Below are positions 38,226 through 47,906 of a stretch of DNA of 64,000 nucleotides, piece by piece. The notes beneath the pieces were generated by a model. The model saw only the letters and a list, made by a program, of their open reading frames with translations, was not told the origin of the DNA and made no database searches. Positions within the stretch are counted from its first letter, which is position 1. Each line of letters begins with the position of its first letter. Origin of the DNA: Bacilli bacterium (GTDB lineage: Bacteria; Bacillota_I; Bacilli_A; RFN20; CAG-826); assembly GCA_024399115.1 (NCBI GenBank), contig JAKSHZ010000006.1, forward strand, positions 8,314-72,313, read 5' to 3'. The position numbers and the translations under genes are program-made.

Positions 38226-39632
38226 ATGAGTATTATAGGAGTTAAAGGAACACACGATGTATTCGGTAGCGAATCATGTGAATTCTCATTCGTAGAGAAT
38301 GTCATGAAACGTATTTGTGAATTCTTTGCATTCAGCGAGGTTAGACCTCCTGTTTTAGAACACTCAGAATTATTCATTCGTGGTGTTGGCGAAGGTAGTG
38401 ATGTTGTCAGAAAAGAAATGTACACCTTTGATGATAAAGGTAACAGATCACTTACATTAAGACCTGAATTCACAGCAGGAATTGCACGTTTAATCGTTCA
38501 AAACAAATTAACAAACTTACAAGAATTACCTATCAAAATGTATTATTGCGGTCCAGTCTTCAGATATGAAAGACCACAATTAGGTAGATATAGACAATTC
38601 AACCAATTCGGTGTTGAATGTGTCGGACATAGTAACCCAGTTGCTGATGTTGACGTTATCTCATTAGCATACACAATCCTCCAATCTTTAGGATTAGAAA
38701 ACGTTACTATCAAAATCAACACACTTGGCGATGAAGAAAGCAGAAATAACTATAAGGTCGCACTTAAAGAATTTTTCGCAAAACATATCGACAAAATGTG
38801 CCCAGATTGCAAACAAAGATTAGAATTAAACCCACTTAGAATTCTCGACTGTAAAGTTCCAGAAGATCAAGAAATCGTTAAAGACGCTCCAAAAATGAGC
38901 GATTACTTAACAGAATCTGCAAAAGAAAAATTCAAATTCGTCCTCGATCTTCTTGAAAGTATGGCTATCCCATATGAAGTCGATGATACTTTAGTAAGAG
39001 GATTAGATTATTACTCAGATACAGTATTTGAATTCCATTATAAATCAAGCAAGGGAAATAACTATGGCGCAATCGGCGCTGGCGGTCACTACGATAAATT
39101 AATTAAAGAAGTAGGTGGCCCTGATGTTCCAGGCGTCGGATTCAGCTTTGGAGTTGAAAGAATCGTTTCAGTTCTTAAAGATGATGAATTATTCCCAGAA
39201 GATATTTATAACGGCTTAGACTTCTACGTAATGCCAATGGGAGTTAAATCTCAAGCTTCTGCAGTTGCTGTTGCTAATGCAGTAAGAATGAATGGCTATT
39301 CAGTAGATATGTGCTTAGACGATGTTAAATTAGGTAGCATGTTCAAAAGAGCTGATAAGAAACACGCAAAATTTGCAATTATTATCGGTGAAAATGAAAT
39401 TGCTAATAGCAAAGTTGTTCTTAAGAACCTTAGAACTCAAGAACAACTCGATGTCGATATCTCAAATTTAAGAGACACAATCGACGAATTATTCCACGAA
39501 TGCGAATGTTGCTGTGGAGATGACTGTGAATGTGAATGCTGCGATGGTGACTGCGATTGCGATTGCGATTGTGACCACGATGCTGACGGACACAAATGTT
39601 GTTGCCACAACCACGATAAAAAGGAGAACTAA
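38226..39632 (+). CDS. hisS: Histidine--tRNA ligase with 45-aa Cys/Asp/His-rich C-terminal extension
   Basis: Class II motifs (LRPEFT, YYCGPVFRYERPQLGRYRQFNQFG, GGHYD, GFSFGVERI) and an anticodon-binding domain ending near ..LRDTIDELF. The tail HECECCCGDDCECECCDGDCDCDCDCDHDADGHKCCCHNHDKKEN follows. Confidence 0.93.
   Translation: MSIIGVKGTHDVFGSESCEFSFVENVMKRICEFFAFSEVRPPVLEHSELFIRGVGEGSDVVRKEMYTFDDKGNRSLTLRPEFTAGIARLIVQNKLTNLQELPIKMYYCGPVFRYERPQLGRYRQFNQFGVECVGHSNPVADVDVISLAYTILQSLGLENVTIKINTLGDEESRNNYKVALKEFFAKHIDKMCPDCKQRLELNPLRILDCKVPEDQEIVKDAPKMSDYLTESAKEKFKFVLDLLESMAIPYEVDDTLVRGLDYYSDTVFEFHYKSSKGNNYGAIGAGGHYDKLIKEVGGPDVPGVGFSFGVERIVSVLKDDELFPEDIYNGLDFYVMPMGVKSQASAVAVANAVRMNGYSVDMCLDDVKLGSMFKRADKKHAKFAIIIGENEIANSKVVLKNLRTQEQLDVDISNLRDTIDELFHECECCCGDDCECECCDGDCDCDCDCDHDADGHKCCCHNHDKKEN
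39552..39575 (+). repeat. Hexanucleotide tandem repeat (TGCGAT)x3 plus TGTGAC inside the hisS tail
   Basis: Read directly: tgcgat tgcgat tgcgat tgtgac, encoding (CD)4. Flanked by related TGTGAA/TGCGAT units. Confidence 0.9.
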
Positions 39633-39633
39633 T

Positions 39634-41367
39634 ATGGAGAGAACTTGTAGAAATACTGAATTATCCATAGCTAATGTTGGCCAAACAGTTACTCTTGTTG
39701 GCTGGGTTAGTAGAAAAAGAAATCTCGGATCAATCTTATTTATTGATTTAAGAGACCGTTCAGGAATTATCCAAATCTACGTTAAAGAAGGAATGGAAAT
39801 TCCAGATGTTAGAAGTGAATATGTCATTTCTGTCACAGGTGAAGTTGCAAAAAGAGCGCAACCAAACCCAAAAATGAAAACAGGTGATATCGAAATTATC
39901 GCTTCAAAAATTGAATTAGTTAACACAGCTAAGACAACTCCTCTTTTAATCCAAGATGATACAGATGCTTTAGAAGAAGTTAGATTAAAATATCGTTACT
40001 TGGACTTAAGAAGACCTTGCATGCAAAAGATTTTCGATATTCGTGACCAACTCAAAATGATCACTCACACTTATTTACATAGTTTAAATTTCTGTGAAAT
40101 TGAAACTCCAATGTTATGTGCATCTTCTCCAGAAGGCGCTAAAGAATACTTAGTCCCATCTAGGTTACATCACGGTAGTTTCTATGCTCTTCCACAATCC
40201 CCACAAATGTTTAAACAATTATTAATGGTCGGCGGATTTGAAAGATATTATCAAATTGCAAGATGCTTCAGAGATGAAGACTTACGTGCAGATAGACAAC
40301 CAGATTTCACTCAAATCGATATTGAAACATCATTCTTAGATCAACAACAATTCTTAACAATGATGGAAGAATTAATCAGAAGATATTTCAAAGAAATCGT
40401 TAACTATGATGTTCAACTTCCATTACGTCAAATGACTTATAAAGAAGCAATGGAAAGATTTGGTAGTGATAAACCTGATACAAGATTCGGTTTTGAACTC
40501 CATAACTTAAAAGAAGTATTCAAAAACACAACTTTCGAAGCTTATATATCAGCAGAAGCAATTCGCGGTATCTCAATTGACGGCGTCGCTGATAAAACAA
40601 CTAGAAAGACAATTGATGAATTAACTCTTGAAGCAAAGAAATTCGGTCTTGGTGGTTTAGCAGTTATTAAGAAAGAAAACGGTGAACTCACAGGTTCATT
40701 CGTTAAATTCTTAAGTGATGACGAAAAGAGCGCGATTATCTCTACATTCGAACTCAAAGATAATGACATCGTTATCATTGCAGCAGGTAAAGATAACAGA
40801 GTAACTCCTCTCCTTGGCGCATTAAGACTTAAATACGCTAAATCATTAGGATTAATTAAACCAAATACATATGACTTATTATGGGTCGTTGACTTCCCAA
40901 TGTTTGAAAGAGATGTCGAAACAAATTCAATCGTTGCAACTCATCACCCATTCACTCGTCCAAGAGACGAAGACTTAAAATGGATGGATGAAGATCCTAC
41001 TCAAATGCTCTCATACGCATACGATATCGTTATTAATGGTTATGAAGCAGGTGGTGGTACACTCCGTATCTACGACCAAAACGTACAAAAGAAGATCTTC
41101 AATATCCTCGGACTCAGTGACCAAGAAGTTCAAGATAAATTCGGTTACTTTGTAAACGCACTCCAATATGGAACTCCTCCACATGCTGGTATGGCATTTG
41201 GATTAGATAGATTGACAATGATTTTAGCAGGAACAGAAAATATCCGTGACGTCATTGCATTCCCTAAAAACTTAGCTGGCGTATGCCCTATGTCAGGAGC
41301 ACCAAATCAAGTTACAAGACAACAAGTTGAAGATTTGGGAATTAAATTTATGAAAGAGGAAGAATAA
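39634..41367 (+). CDS. aspS: Aspartate--tRNA ligase
   Basis: MERTCRNTEL.. start with an AAGGAG SD, 1 nt after the hisS stop. OB-fold N-domain, class II motifs (FRDEDLRADRQPDFTQID, GLDRL), bacterial GAD insertion. The ORF-track start at 39514 is an out-of-frame read of the hisS tail. Confidence 0.95.
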   Translation: MERTCRNTELSIANVGQTVTLVGWVSRKRNLGSILFIDLRDRSGIIQIYVKEGMEIPDVRSEYVISVTGEVAKRAQPNPKMKTGDIEIIASKIELVNTAKTTPLLIQDDTDALEEVRLKYRYLDLRRPCMQKIFDIRDQLKMITHTYLHSLNFCEIETPMLCASSPEGAKEYLVPSRLHHGSFYALPQSPQMFKQLLMVGGFERYYQIARCFRDEDLRADRQPDFTQIDIETSFLDQQQFLTMMEELIRRYFKEIVNYDVQLPLRQMTYKEAMERFGSDKPDTRFGFELHNLKEVFKNTTFEAYISAEAIRGISIDGVADKTTRKTIDELTLEAKKFGLGGLAVIKKENGELTGSFVKFLSDDEKSAIISTFELKDNDIVIIAAGKDNRVTPLLGALRLKYAKSLGLIKPNTYDLLWVVDFPMFERDVETNSIVATHHPFTRPRDEDLKWMDEDPTQMLSYAYDIVINGYEAGGGTLRIYDQNVQKKIFNILGLSDQEVQDKFGYFVNALQYGTPPHAGMAFGLDRLTMILAGTENIRDVIAFPKNLAGVCPMSGAPNQVTRQQVEDLGIKFMKEEE

Positions 41368-41369
41368 TT

Positions 41370-43316
41370 ATGACAAACATCGACAAATTATCAATTGCAA
41401 CAATTAGAAGTTTAGCGATCGACACAATTAACAAAGCAAAATCAGGTCACCCTGGCATGGCTTTAGGTAGTGCACCAATTGCATACACATTATTCACTAA
41501 ACACTTAGTTGCAGCTCCAAGTGATTCAACTTGGTTCAATAGAGACCGTTTTGTTCTCTCAGCAGGCCACGCATCTGCATTACTTTACAGCATGTTACAC
41601 CTCTGTGGATACAAAGTCTCAGTGGATGATATGAAATCATTCAGACAATTAGACAGCAAAACTCCAGGTCACCCAGAATTCGGTTGGACTGATGGTGTTG
41701 ATGCTACTAGTGGTCCTTTAGGACAAGGTATCTCACAAGCTGTTGGTATGGCAATTGCTGAAACAATGGTCAACGCCCAATATCCAGAAGCATGCAATCA
41801 CTACACATATGCTTTATGTGGTGATGGCTGTTTACAAGAAGGTATCTCACAAGAAGCTATCTCACTTGCTGGACACTTAAAACTCAACAAATTAATCCTT
41901 TTCTATGACGCAAATAACGTCACTCTCGATGGTGGCTTAGACCTCTCATTCTCAGAAGACGTCAAAGCAAGAGTCATCGCAAGTGGTTGGAATGTTTTAG
42001 AAGTTGAAGATGGTAATGACATCGACGCAATTGATGCTGCTATCGTTGAAGCTAAATCAAGTGACAAACCAACTATGATTATGGTTCACACAGTTATCGG
42101 CTTTGGTAGTGCTAAACAAGGTACAAATAAAGTCCACGGTAACCCTTTAGGTGATGAAGATGGTAAGGCTGCAAAATTATCTTATGGCTTCGATCACGAT
42201 AACTTCTACGTTCCAGAAGAAGTTTATGAAAACTTCAAAAATACATTCATCGCTCGTGGTGAACAAGCAAAAGCTGTCTATGAAGCAAAAGTCGCTGCTT
42301 GGAAAGATTCTAACCCAGAAGCATATGCAAGTTTCGTAGATGCTTGCAAAGCAAAGAAATATGATGTTGAATATCCTGAATTCGTTGCAGGTAGCTCAAC
42401 TTCATCACGTGTTGCTAGTGGAAAAGCCCTTAACTTCTTCATGAGCAAACTCTCTAACTTATTCGGTGGTTCTGCTGACGTCGCGGGTTCAGTTATGACT
42501 AAACTTGATAATGGTAGCAACTACTTCGTCGATAATAGAGGCGGACATAACTTAAACTGGGGTATTAGAGAATTCGCAATGGCAAGTGCTCAAAACGGTA
42601 TGCTTTTACACGGTGGTGTCAGATCTTATGTTGGCTGTTTCTTCGTCTTCTCTGACTATATGAAACCAGCTATCAGAATGGCAGCATTAAGCCATTTACC
42701 AGCAATCTACTTATTCTCACACGACTCAATCGCTGTTGGTGAAGATGGTCCTACACATGAACCAATCGAACAATTAGCAATGTTAAGAAGTATTCCTAAC
42801 GTTGACACAATTAGACCAGCTGATGAAAGAGAAACTTACGCTGCATGGAACGCTGCTTTAGATAGCGAAAAACACCCAACAGCATTAATCCTTTCAAGAC
42901 AAAACTTACCTTTATTAGAAGGTTCTTCTAAAGAAGGTGTTTACGCTGGTGCTTATGTTATCTCTAAAGAAGCAAAGAAACCAGAATTCATTTTAGTAGC
43001 TACTGGTAGTGAAGTTAGCTTAGCAGTTGACGCTCAAAAATTATTAGCAGCTGATGGAATCGATGTTAGAGTCGTTTCAATGCCTTGCTGGAGCTATTTT
43101 GATGCTCAATCAGCAGACTACAAGAAATCAGTCTTCTGCTTAGATAGAGATCACATCGTTTCAATCGAAATGTTATCTTCATTCGGTTGGGATAAATATG
43201 CAGCACATCACGTTTGCTTAGATTCGTTCGGTAAATCAGCACCTGCTAAAGACGTTATCAACGCATTTGGCTTCACAGCTGATAAAGTCGCTGCGTTCGT
43301 TAAAAACATTAAATAA
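41370..43316 (+). CDS. tkt: Transketolase
   Basis: SGHPGMALGSAP, GDGCLQEGISQEA (TPP motif), EDGPTHEPIEQLA. Confidence 0.95.
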   Translation: MTNIDKLSIATIRSLAIDTINKAKSGHPGMALGSAPIAYTLFTKHLVAAPSDSTWFNRDRFVLSAGHASALLYSMLHLCGYKVSVDDMKSFRQLDSKTPGHPEFGWTDGVDATSGPLGQGISQAVGMAIAETMVNAQYPEACNHYTYALCGDGCLQEGISQEAISLAGHLKLNKLILFYDANNVTLDGGLDLSFSEDVKARVIASGWNVLEVEDGNDIDAIDAAIVEAKSSDKPTMIMVHTVIGFGSAKQGTNKVHGNPLGDEDGKAAKLSYGFDHDNFYVPEEVYENFKNTFIARGEQAKAVYEAKVAAWKDSNPEAYASFVDACKAKKYDVEYPEFVAGSSTSSRVASGKALNFFMSKLSNLFGGSADVAGSVMTKLDNGSNYFVDNRGGHNLNWGIREFAMASAQNGMLLHGGVRSYVGCFFVFSDYMKPAIRMAALSHLPAIYLFSHDSIAVGEDGPTHEPIEQLAMLRSIPNVDTIRPADERETYAAWNAALDSEKHPTALILSRQNLPLLEGSSKEGVYAGAYVISKEAKKPEFILVATGSEVSLAVDAQKLLAADGIDVRVVSMPCWSYFDAQSADYKKSVFCLDRDHIVSIEMLSSFGWDKYAAHHVCLDSFGKSAPAKDVINAFGFTADKVAAFVKNIK

Positions 43317-43357
43317 TTATTTAAACTACATTTAGACTTTTAAAAGGAGTTTCACTT

Positions 43358-43774
43358 ATGGCAATTACACGTAATCAATCACACTTTATTATCATGACAG
43401 TCATCTATGATGAATTGGCAGATTTCGTAATGGGTGGCGGAAACGCAAGTAGAAATGCCAACGAATTAATCGAAGAAATTTGTGAAACTCCTTTCGATCA
43501 AGTCGACCCTTATATCAAAAGAAGTGTTGCTTTAACAATGCAACATTACGGAGACATTGTTGCTGCTTTCCAACCTTTATTAGTTAACTGGAAGTGGGAA
43601 CGTCTCCCTTTATTAACACAAGCTATTCTTTTAATGAGCTATGCTGACTTCTATTACGTTGAAAAAGTTGATAAGAAAATTGTTATTAATACAGCAGTTG
43701 ATCTTGCAAAAAAGTACATCGAAGAGAAGCAAGCAAAGTTCATTAACGCAATCCTTGATGGAGTATTAAAATAA
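43358..43774 (+). CDS. nusB: Transcription antitermination factor NusB
   Basis: About 138 aa, all-helical. C-terminal FINAILDGVLK block. Position upstream of xseA as in Bacillus. Confidence 0.85.
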   Translation: MAITRNQSHFIIMTVIYDELADFVMGGGNASRNANELIEEICETPFDQVDPYIKRSVALTMQHYGDIVAAFQPLLVNWKWERLPLLTQAILLMSYADFYYVEKVDKKIVINTAVDLAKKYIEEKQAKFINAILDGVLK

Positions 43775-44904
43775 TGTCTCTAACAAGAGTTGTTTACAGT
43801 GTTTCTGAAGTTAACAGATATATCAAAAACGTTGTAAATAATGACCAAAACCTTAGATTTTTATCGGTCAAAGGTGAAATTAGCAATTTAAAATATGGTG
43901 CTAATGGTCATGTTTATTTTTCTTTAAAAGACAAAGAGAGTATCATCTCAGTTTGTTTATTTTCTACTTATGCTGCTAAGCTAAAATTCACTCCTCAAAA
44001 CGGAGATGAAATTATTGTCCTAGGAAGTATTGATGTCTATCCGGCAAGAGGTAGCTATCAACTTATCGCAGTCAATGTAGAACAATCCGGAAAAGGTGAT
44101 ATTTTATATGAACTCGAACAACTTAAAAAGAAACTTGCTTTAGAAGGATTGTTCGATGCTTCTAGAAAAAAGCCAATCAATTTATACCCTAATGCAATTG
44201 GGGTTATCACAGCAGCAAATAGCGCTGCAATCAAGGATATTATTTTTAATATCAAAAGAAGATATCCAATCGCGGATATTTATTTCTTTCCTAGCCAAGT
44301 TCAAGGTGAAAATGCTCCTAAAGAATTACTTCAAGCATTTAACCTATCTCAGAAGTATCCATTAGACACAATTATCATTGGTCGTGGTGGTGGTGCTAGT
44401 GAAGATTTAGGCGCATTTAATGACGAAACTTTAGTAAGAGCAATTGCTGAAAGTAAAATCCCAGTTATCGCTGCTATTGGTCACGAAATTGACTCTACAT
44501 TAGTTGATTACGTCGCTGATAAACGAGCAAGTACTCCTACTGGAGCCGCTGAACTTGCAACTATCGATAGAAGAGAATTAGAACTTCATTTCCAAGATGC
44601 TCTAGACGAAATGAAACAATGTCTTAGAGATACTGTTGAAGTTCAAAAAGAAGAAATTGAAAACGCTAAGGAAGATTTAGATCGAATGATTCAAGATAAA
44701 ATTGAACTTCTAAAGCAAAAAGTTGAACTTAGAAATGAACAATTATCTTCTTTATCACCAACAGGAATTCTCAAAAGAGGCTATTCAATCACATTAGATG
44801 AATCTGGAAAGCCAATTACAAATGCTAAAACACAAAAAATAGGAAATAAAATTAGGACTATTTACTATGATGGTGAAACTATTTCTAAAGTAGAAAAAAT
44901 ATGA
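43774..44904 (+). CDS. xseA: Exodeoxyribonuclease VII large subunit
   Basis: N-terminal OB fold (YSVSEVNRYIKN..VKGEISN..GHVYFSLKD), catalytic core (GRGGGASEDL, IGHEIDSTL), C-terminal coiled coil. Ends with TGA. Confidence 0.9.
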   Translation: MSLTRVVYSVSEVNRYIKNVVNNDQNLRFLSVKGEISNLKYGANGHVYFSLKDKESIISVCLFSTYAAKLKFTPQNGDEIIVLGSIDVYPARGSYQLIAVNVEQSGKGDILYELEQLKKKLALEGLFDASRKKPINLYPNAIGVITAANSAAIKDIIFNIKRRYPIADIYFFPSQVQGENAPKELLQAFNLSQKYPLDTIIIGRGGGASEDLGAFNDETLVRAIAESKIPVIAAIGHEIDSTLVDYVADKRASTPTGAAELATIDRRELELHFQDALDEMKQCLRDTVEVQKEEIENAKEDLDRMIQDKIELLKQKVELRNEQLSSLSPTGILKRGYSITLDESGKPITNAKTQKIGNKIRTIYYDGETISKVEKI

Positions 44905-44917
44905 TAAAAAAAGCATT

Positions 44918-46939
44918 ATGAAAAAAATATTGAATAAAATATTAATTAATTCCTCACTGTTGCTCTTTTTTTCGAATACTATTATTTTTGATTCTTTAGG
45001 TTTTAGAAAGACCGAAGAACACGGAATTCAAGAACAAGCTCTATTTTCTGGTTTTTATGTTCAAGGAAATGATCATAACACTGACACTCCACAATTATCT
45101 CCACCCGGAAATAGCATTTTACGTTTCAATATAGAAAATCGAAATTACACATTTCTAAGTGCTAATTTACAAAATAATAATCTTTATGAACAAAAATTAT
45201 ATTCTGAAGATTTCTTAAATTATACTTATGAGGAACTCGATTATAGCATATATACAGATTCATATAATAATTTCAAACCATCTGTCGAAGTAGGGCCAAA
45301 AGAAAGTCAAATATGCAGCACTTGTAAAATAAGGGCATATTACTATAATGTTCAATCTTTTTTTGGGCGAGTTGCCGTTATGTATGATTTCACTGGTTTT
45401 CTAGTGGGAGAAAGTTTACTATTAACTGCTGCTCACGGATTATATTTGGATGTAACATCTGGAATATTCGATGATGGAATACAAAATTATTATTTCCCTG
45501 GTAAGATTGAAATTTATGGTGCGATTGGTCTTACTGATGTTTGGGGTTCCGAATATCCATATTATGCTCTTGCAAAAGAAATATTTTTAGATTCTGAATT
45601 TATAACAACCAGAGCTATTAATGCAGATTGGGCCCTTTTGCGATTAGACAAACCATTAGGCAAAGAACTTTCGTATAGGGTTTTAATACCTGAATCTGAG
45701 AATTTCGACTCATTAAAAATTATTGGTTATCCTTCTTGGAATCAAAGTTTTGAAAAAGTTGATGCTTCTAATAGCGTTATATTATCCAATTACGGACAAT
45801 TCCGTTATGACTCAAATACTCAAGAAGGTATGAGTGGTTCTCCAATATGCTCTCTTTATGAAGACGAATATATCGATAGTTATGTAGATAGAAGCAGATC
45901 TATCTCATCTTTGTTATCAAGATGTGCAATTGGGATGCACATATCTTATGATTACGAAAATCATTATGGTTTTGGTCTACGCTTTTCTTATACATTGACT
46001 GAATTGGTTGAACTCTTGAACAAAAGATACCGACCTGAATCTATAAATCTTTTAAATGAAATCACTCATGCTTCATCAGCACATAATAATTTTTTAAGCG
46101 AAGACTATTTTTACAATATTGATTTTTCAAACACAACAATTGGTTCTGATAGCATTTTTTTTGGCGACTCTGCTTTAATTACTTTGTCTTTTAATTTTCC
46201 CATTAAAAGTGTGGTTTTAAATTTTGACAATACATCTCCAATTTCAAACGAAAAAAAGATTTATTATGAATTAAATAATAATCAAATTGAGTCAAGTATT
46301 GGAAACACGTATTCGCATATTTTATTTCAAGAACCTATCTTTTCTTTTACCATTCATTCGAGTTTTTCTTCTCAACTTAATCTTTTTTCAGTGATTCCGA
46401 ATTGGAACTATATCCCTTATGAAAGCTATTTTCCAAACTATAATAATTCAGAAATATCAATAGGAAGCAACAACAATTGTGTCTCATATGCGCTTAATAA
46501 TCTTTTAGGAAATATACAATACAACGAAAATAATAGTTTGGGCTTAACAGCTAATATTTTTAGACCATACGGAATTACTCCATATTCTGTTTTTAATGCC
46601 TTTGAAACCAAATTAGATAGTCTAAATCGTAGTATAAGAATTATTCCTATTAAAAAATTTGATAAATGTACTCACGGCGGATACAAAATTTGTATTTTAA
46701 CAGATAATTTTAACTACTATCATTTTCTAAGACAAAATTCAAATGGCGATTGGTCTCATTTTATTATAAATACTGGTGTAAGTAATTTAGATAGTCTGGG
46801 AAATATTATTGTCGATCCAGAAAATAGTATAATATGTAATTTTTCTAACGAACGAATATATATTGAAAGCCTTGGTCGTAATTATTATGATGTTTCGTTT
46901 AATCTTACAACATTAGTTGGATATTATGAGGTATACTAA
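44918..46939 (+). CDS. Secreted or membrane-anchored trypsin-fold (S1B/V8-like) serine protease with about 300-aa unknown C-terminal region
   Basis: N-terminal signal/anchor (KILINSSLLLFFSNTIIF). Catalytic triad contexts LLLTAAHG (His), ADWALLRLDKPLG (Asp), TQEGMSGSPI (Ser). Asn/Ser/Tyr/Phe-rich composition with frequent ATA, AGG and CGA codons. Confidence 0.7.
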   Translation: MKKILNKILINSSLLLFFSNTIIFDSLGFRKTEEHGIQEQALFSGFYVQGNDHNTDTPQLSPPGNSILRFNIENRNYTFLSANLQNNNLYEQKLYSEDFLNYTYEELDYSIYTDSYNNFKPSVEVGPKESQICSTCKIRAYYYNVQSFFGRVAVMYDFTGFLVGESLLLTAAHGLYLDVTSGIFDDGIQNYYFPGKIEIYGAIGLTDVWGSEYPYYALAKEIFLDSEFITTRAINADWALLRLDKPLGKELSYRVLIPESENFDSLKIIGYPSWNQSFEKVDASNSVILSNYGQFRYDSNTQEGMSGSPICSLYEDEYIDSYVDRSRSISSLLSRCAIGMHISYDYENHYGFGLRFSYTLTELVELLNKRYRPESINLLNEITHASSAHNNFLSEDYFYNIDFSNTTIGSDSIFFGDSALITLSFNFPIKSVVLNFDNTSPISNEKKIYYELNNNQIESSIGNTYSHILFQEPIFSFTIHSSFSSQLNLFSVIPNWNYIPYESYFPNYNNSEISIGSNNNCVSYALNNLLGNIQYNENNSLGLTANIFRPYGITPYSVFNAFETKLDSLNRSIRIIPIKKFDKCTHGGYKICILTDNFNYYHFLRQNSNGDWSHFIINTGVSNLDSLGNIIVDPENSIICNFSNERIYIESLGRNYYDVSFNLTTLVGYYEVY

Positions 46940-46943
46940 AAAT

Positions 46944-47906
46944 ATGGATAAAGCAATTGTTTTTTTAATACTCATTTCTACAACTCTTTGTTCATGCTCT
47001 GGAAACACGAACTCCAACAATCACAATATCGAATGTGATGAAGATTCTCAAATCAATGAAACACTAGATACTAATAAAGAGGACAACAAAAACGAAAACA
47101 ATTCATCAATTGAGTTACATAACTATATTCAAGGATATCCTTATAAAGTCGGGGATCAATTTTATTTAGATAAGGATTATTCAGGTACATCTGCAAATGA
47201 TTTTATAGAAATGGCCATGAGATACAATTACTCTCCGTCCATTAATTCTTTCTTTTCCTTAAATAATTATGATTCGAACTCTTTTTGCTGCTCTGGTAGA
47301 TTTTATTCTTTTTCGTATAACAATTACGATATTTTTGCAGAAAGTAATAACAATTTAATTAATACATATAAAAAAAGCATTAAAAAGAAATTTACAGAAA
47401 AAGAAGCAATTGAACTTGGTTTTTTTTCTAAAAAAAGAACTATCACTAATCCAATTTATTACGATTTTAAAAAAGTTGCTGAATCTACTGAAATTTCTTG
47501 GATTTCAAATTATAAAATGGAACTAAATTTGGAAAATATAATGCGATTTGGAGCGTGGGATTCGCTTATGTGTTTCCTGGATAGAGGTCCTGAAAGATCT
47601 TATCGAAATGGTTTAAATTTCTGTGTATGGCCAGCTATTTCTATCTATTCTGATGACTTATCTGAAGTTATTGGAGTGAGTTTATATACATATGAATTTA
47701 ATAATTTTTTGACATTTTTGAAACAAGACGGATATAGTAATACATTTGATTTTGAATATTTTTCATCACAAATTTCCTATTGTCAGGAAAACAATACCAA
47801 CTTTGGAAGAGCTGCCTTCTATTTAACTCCAGAAATTTTTGAAGGACCGGGCGATAAGATTTTTTATGAACTAATGTATCCTAATTTAAGAGATTTAAAG
47901 TTATAG
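46944..47906 (+). CDS. Putative lipoprotein, unknown function
   Basis: MDKAIVFLILISTTLCSCSG.. is a signal peptide with a lipobox-like L-C-S-C. A GAGG SD lies 11 nt upstream of the ATG at 46944; alternative starts are the ATG at 46926 and the TTG at 46917. An Asn/Asp-rich linker precedes a globular region. I recognise no family. Confidence 0.6.
   Translation: MDKAIVFLILISTTLCSCSGNTNSNNHNIECDEDSQINETLDTNKEDNKNENNSSIELHNYIQGYPYKVGDQFYLDKDYSGTSANDFIEMAMRYNYSPSINSFFSLNNYDSNSFCCSGRFYSFSYNNYDIFAESNNNLINTYKKSIKKKFTEKEAIELGFFSKKRTITNPIYYDFKKVAESTEISWISNYKMELNLENIMRFGAWDSLMCFLDRGPERSYRNGLNFCVWPAISIYSDDLSEVIGVSLYTYEFNNFLTFLKQDGYSNTFDFEYFSSQISYCQENNTNFGRAAFYLTPEIFEGPGDKIFYELMYPNLRDLKL

Noticed and set aside
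39514-39633. 40-codon N-terminal extension of the aspS ORF (MEMTVNVNAAMVTAIAIAIVTT...) given in the ORF track
   Set aside because: It is the hisS Cys/Asp repeat read in another frame. An AAGGAG SD and the conserved AspS N-terminus (MERTCRNTEL) begin at 39634, 1 nt after the hisS stop.
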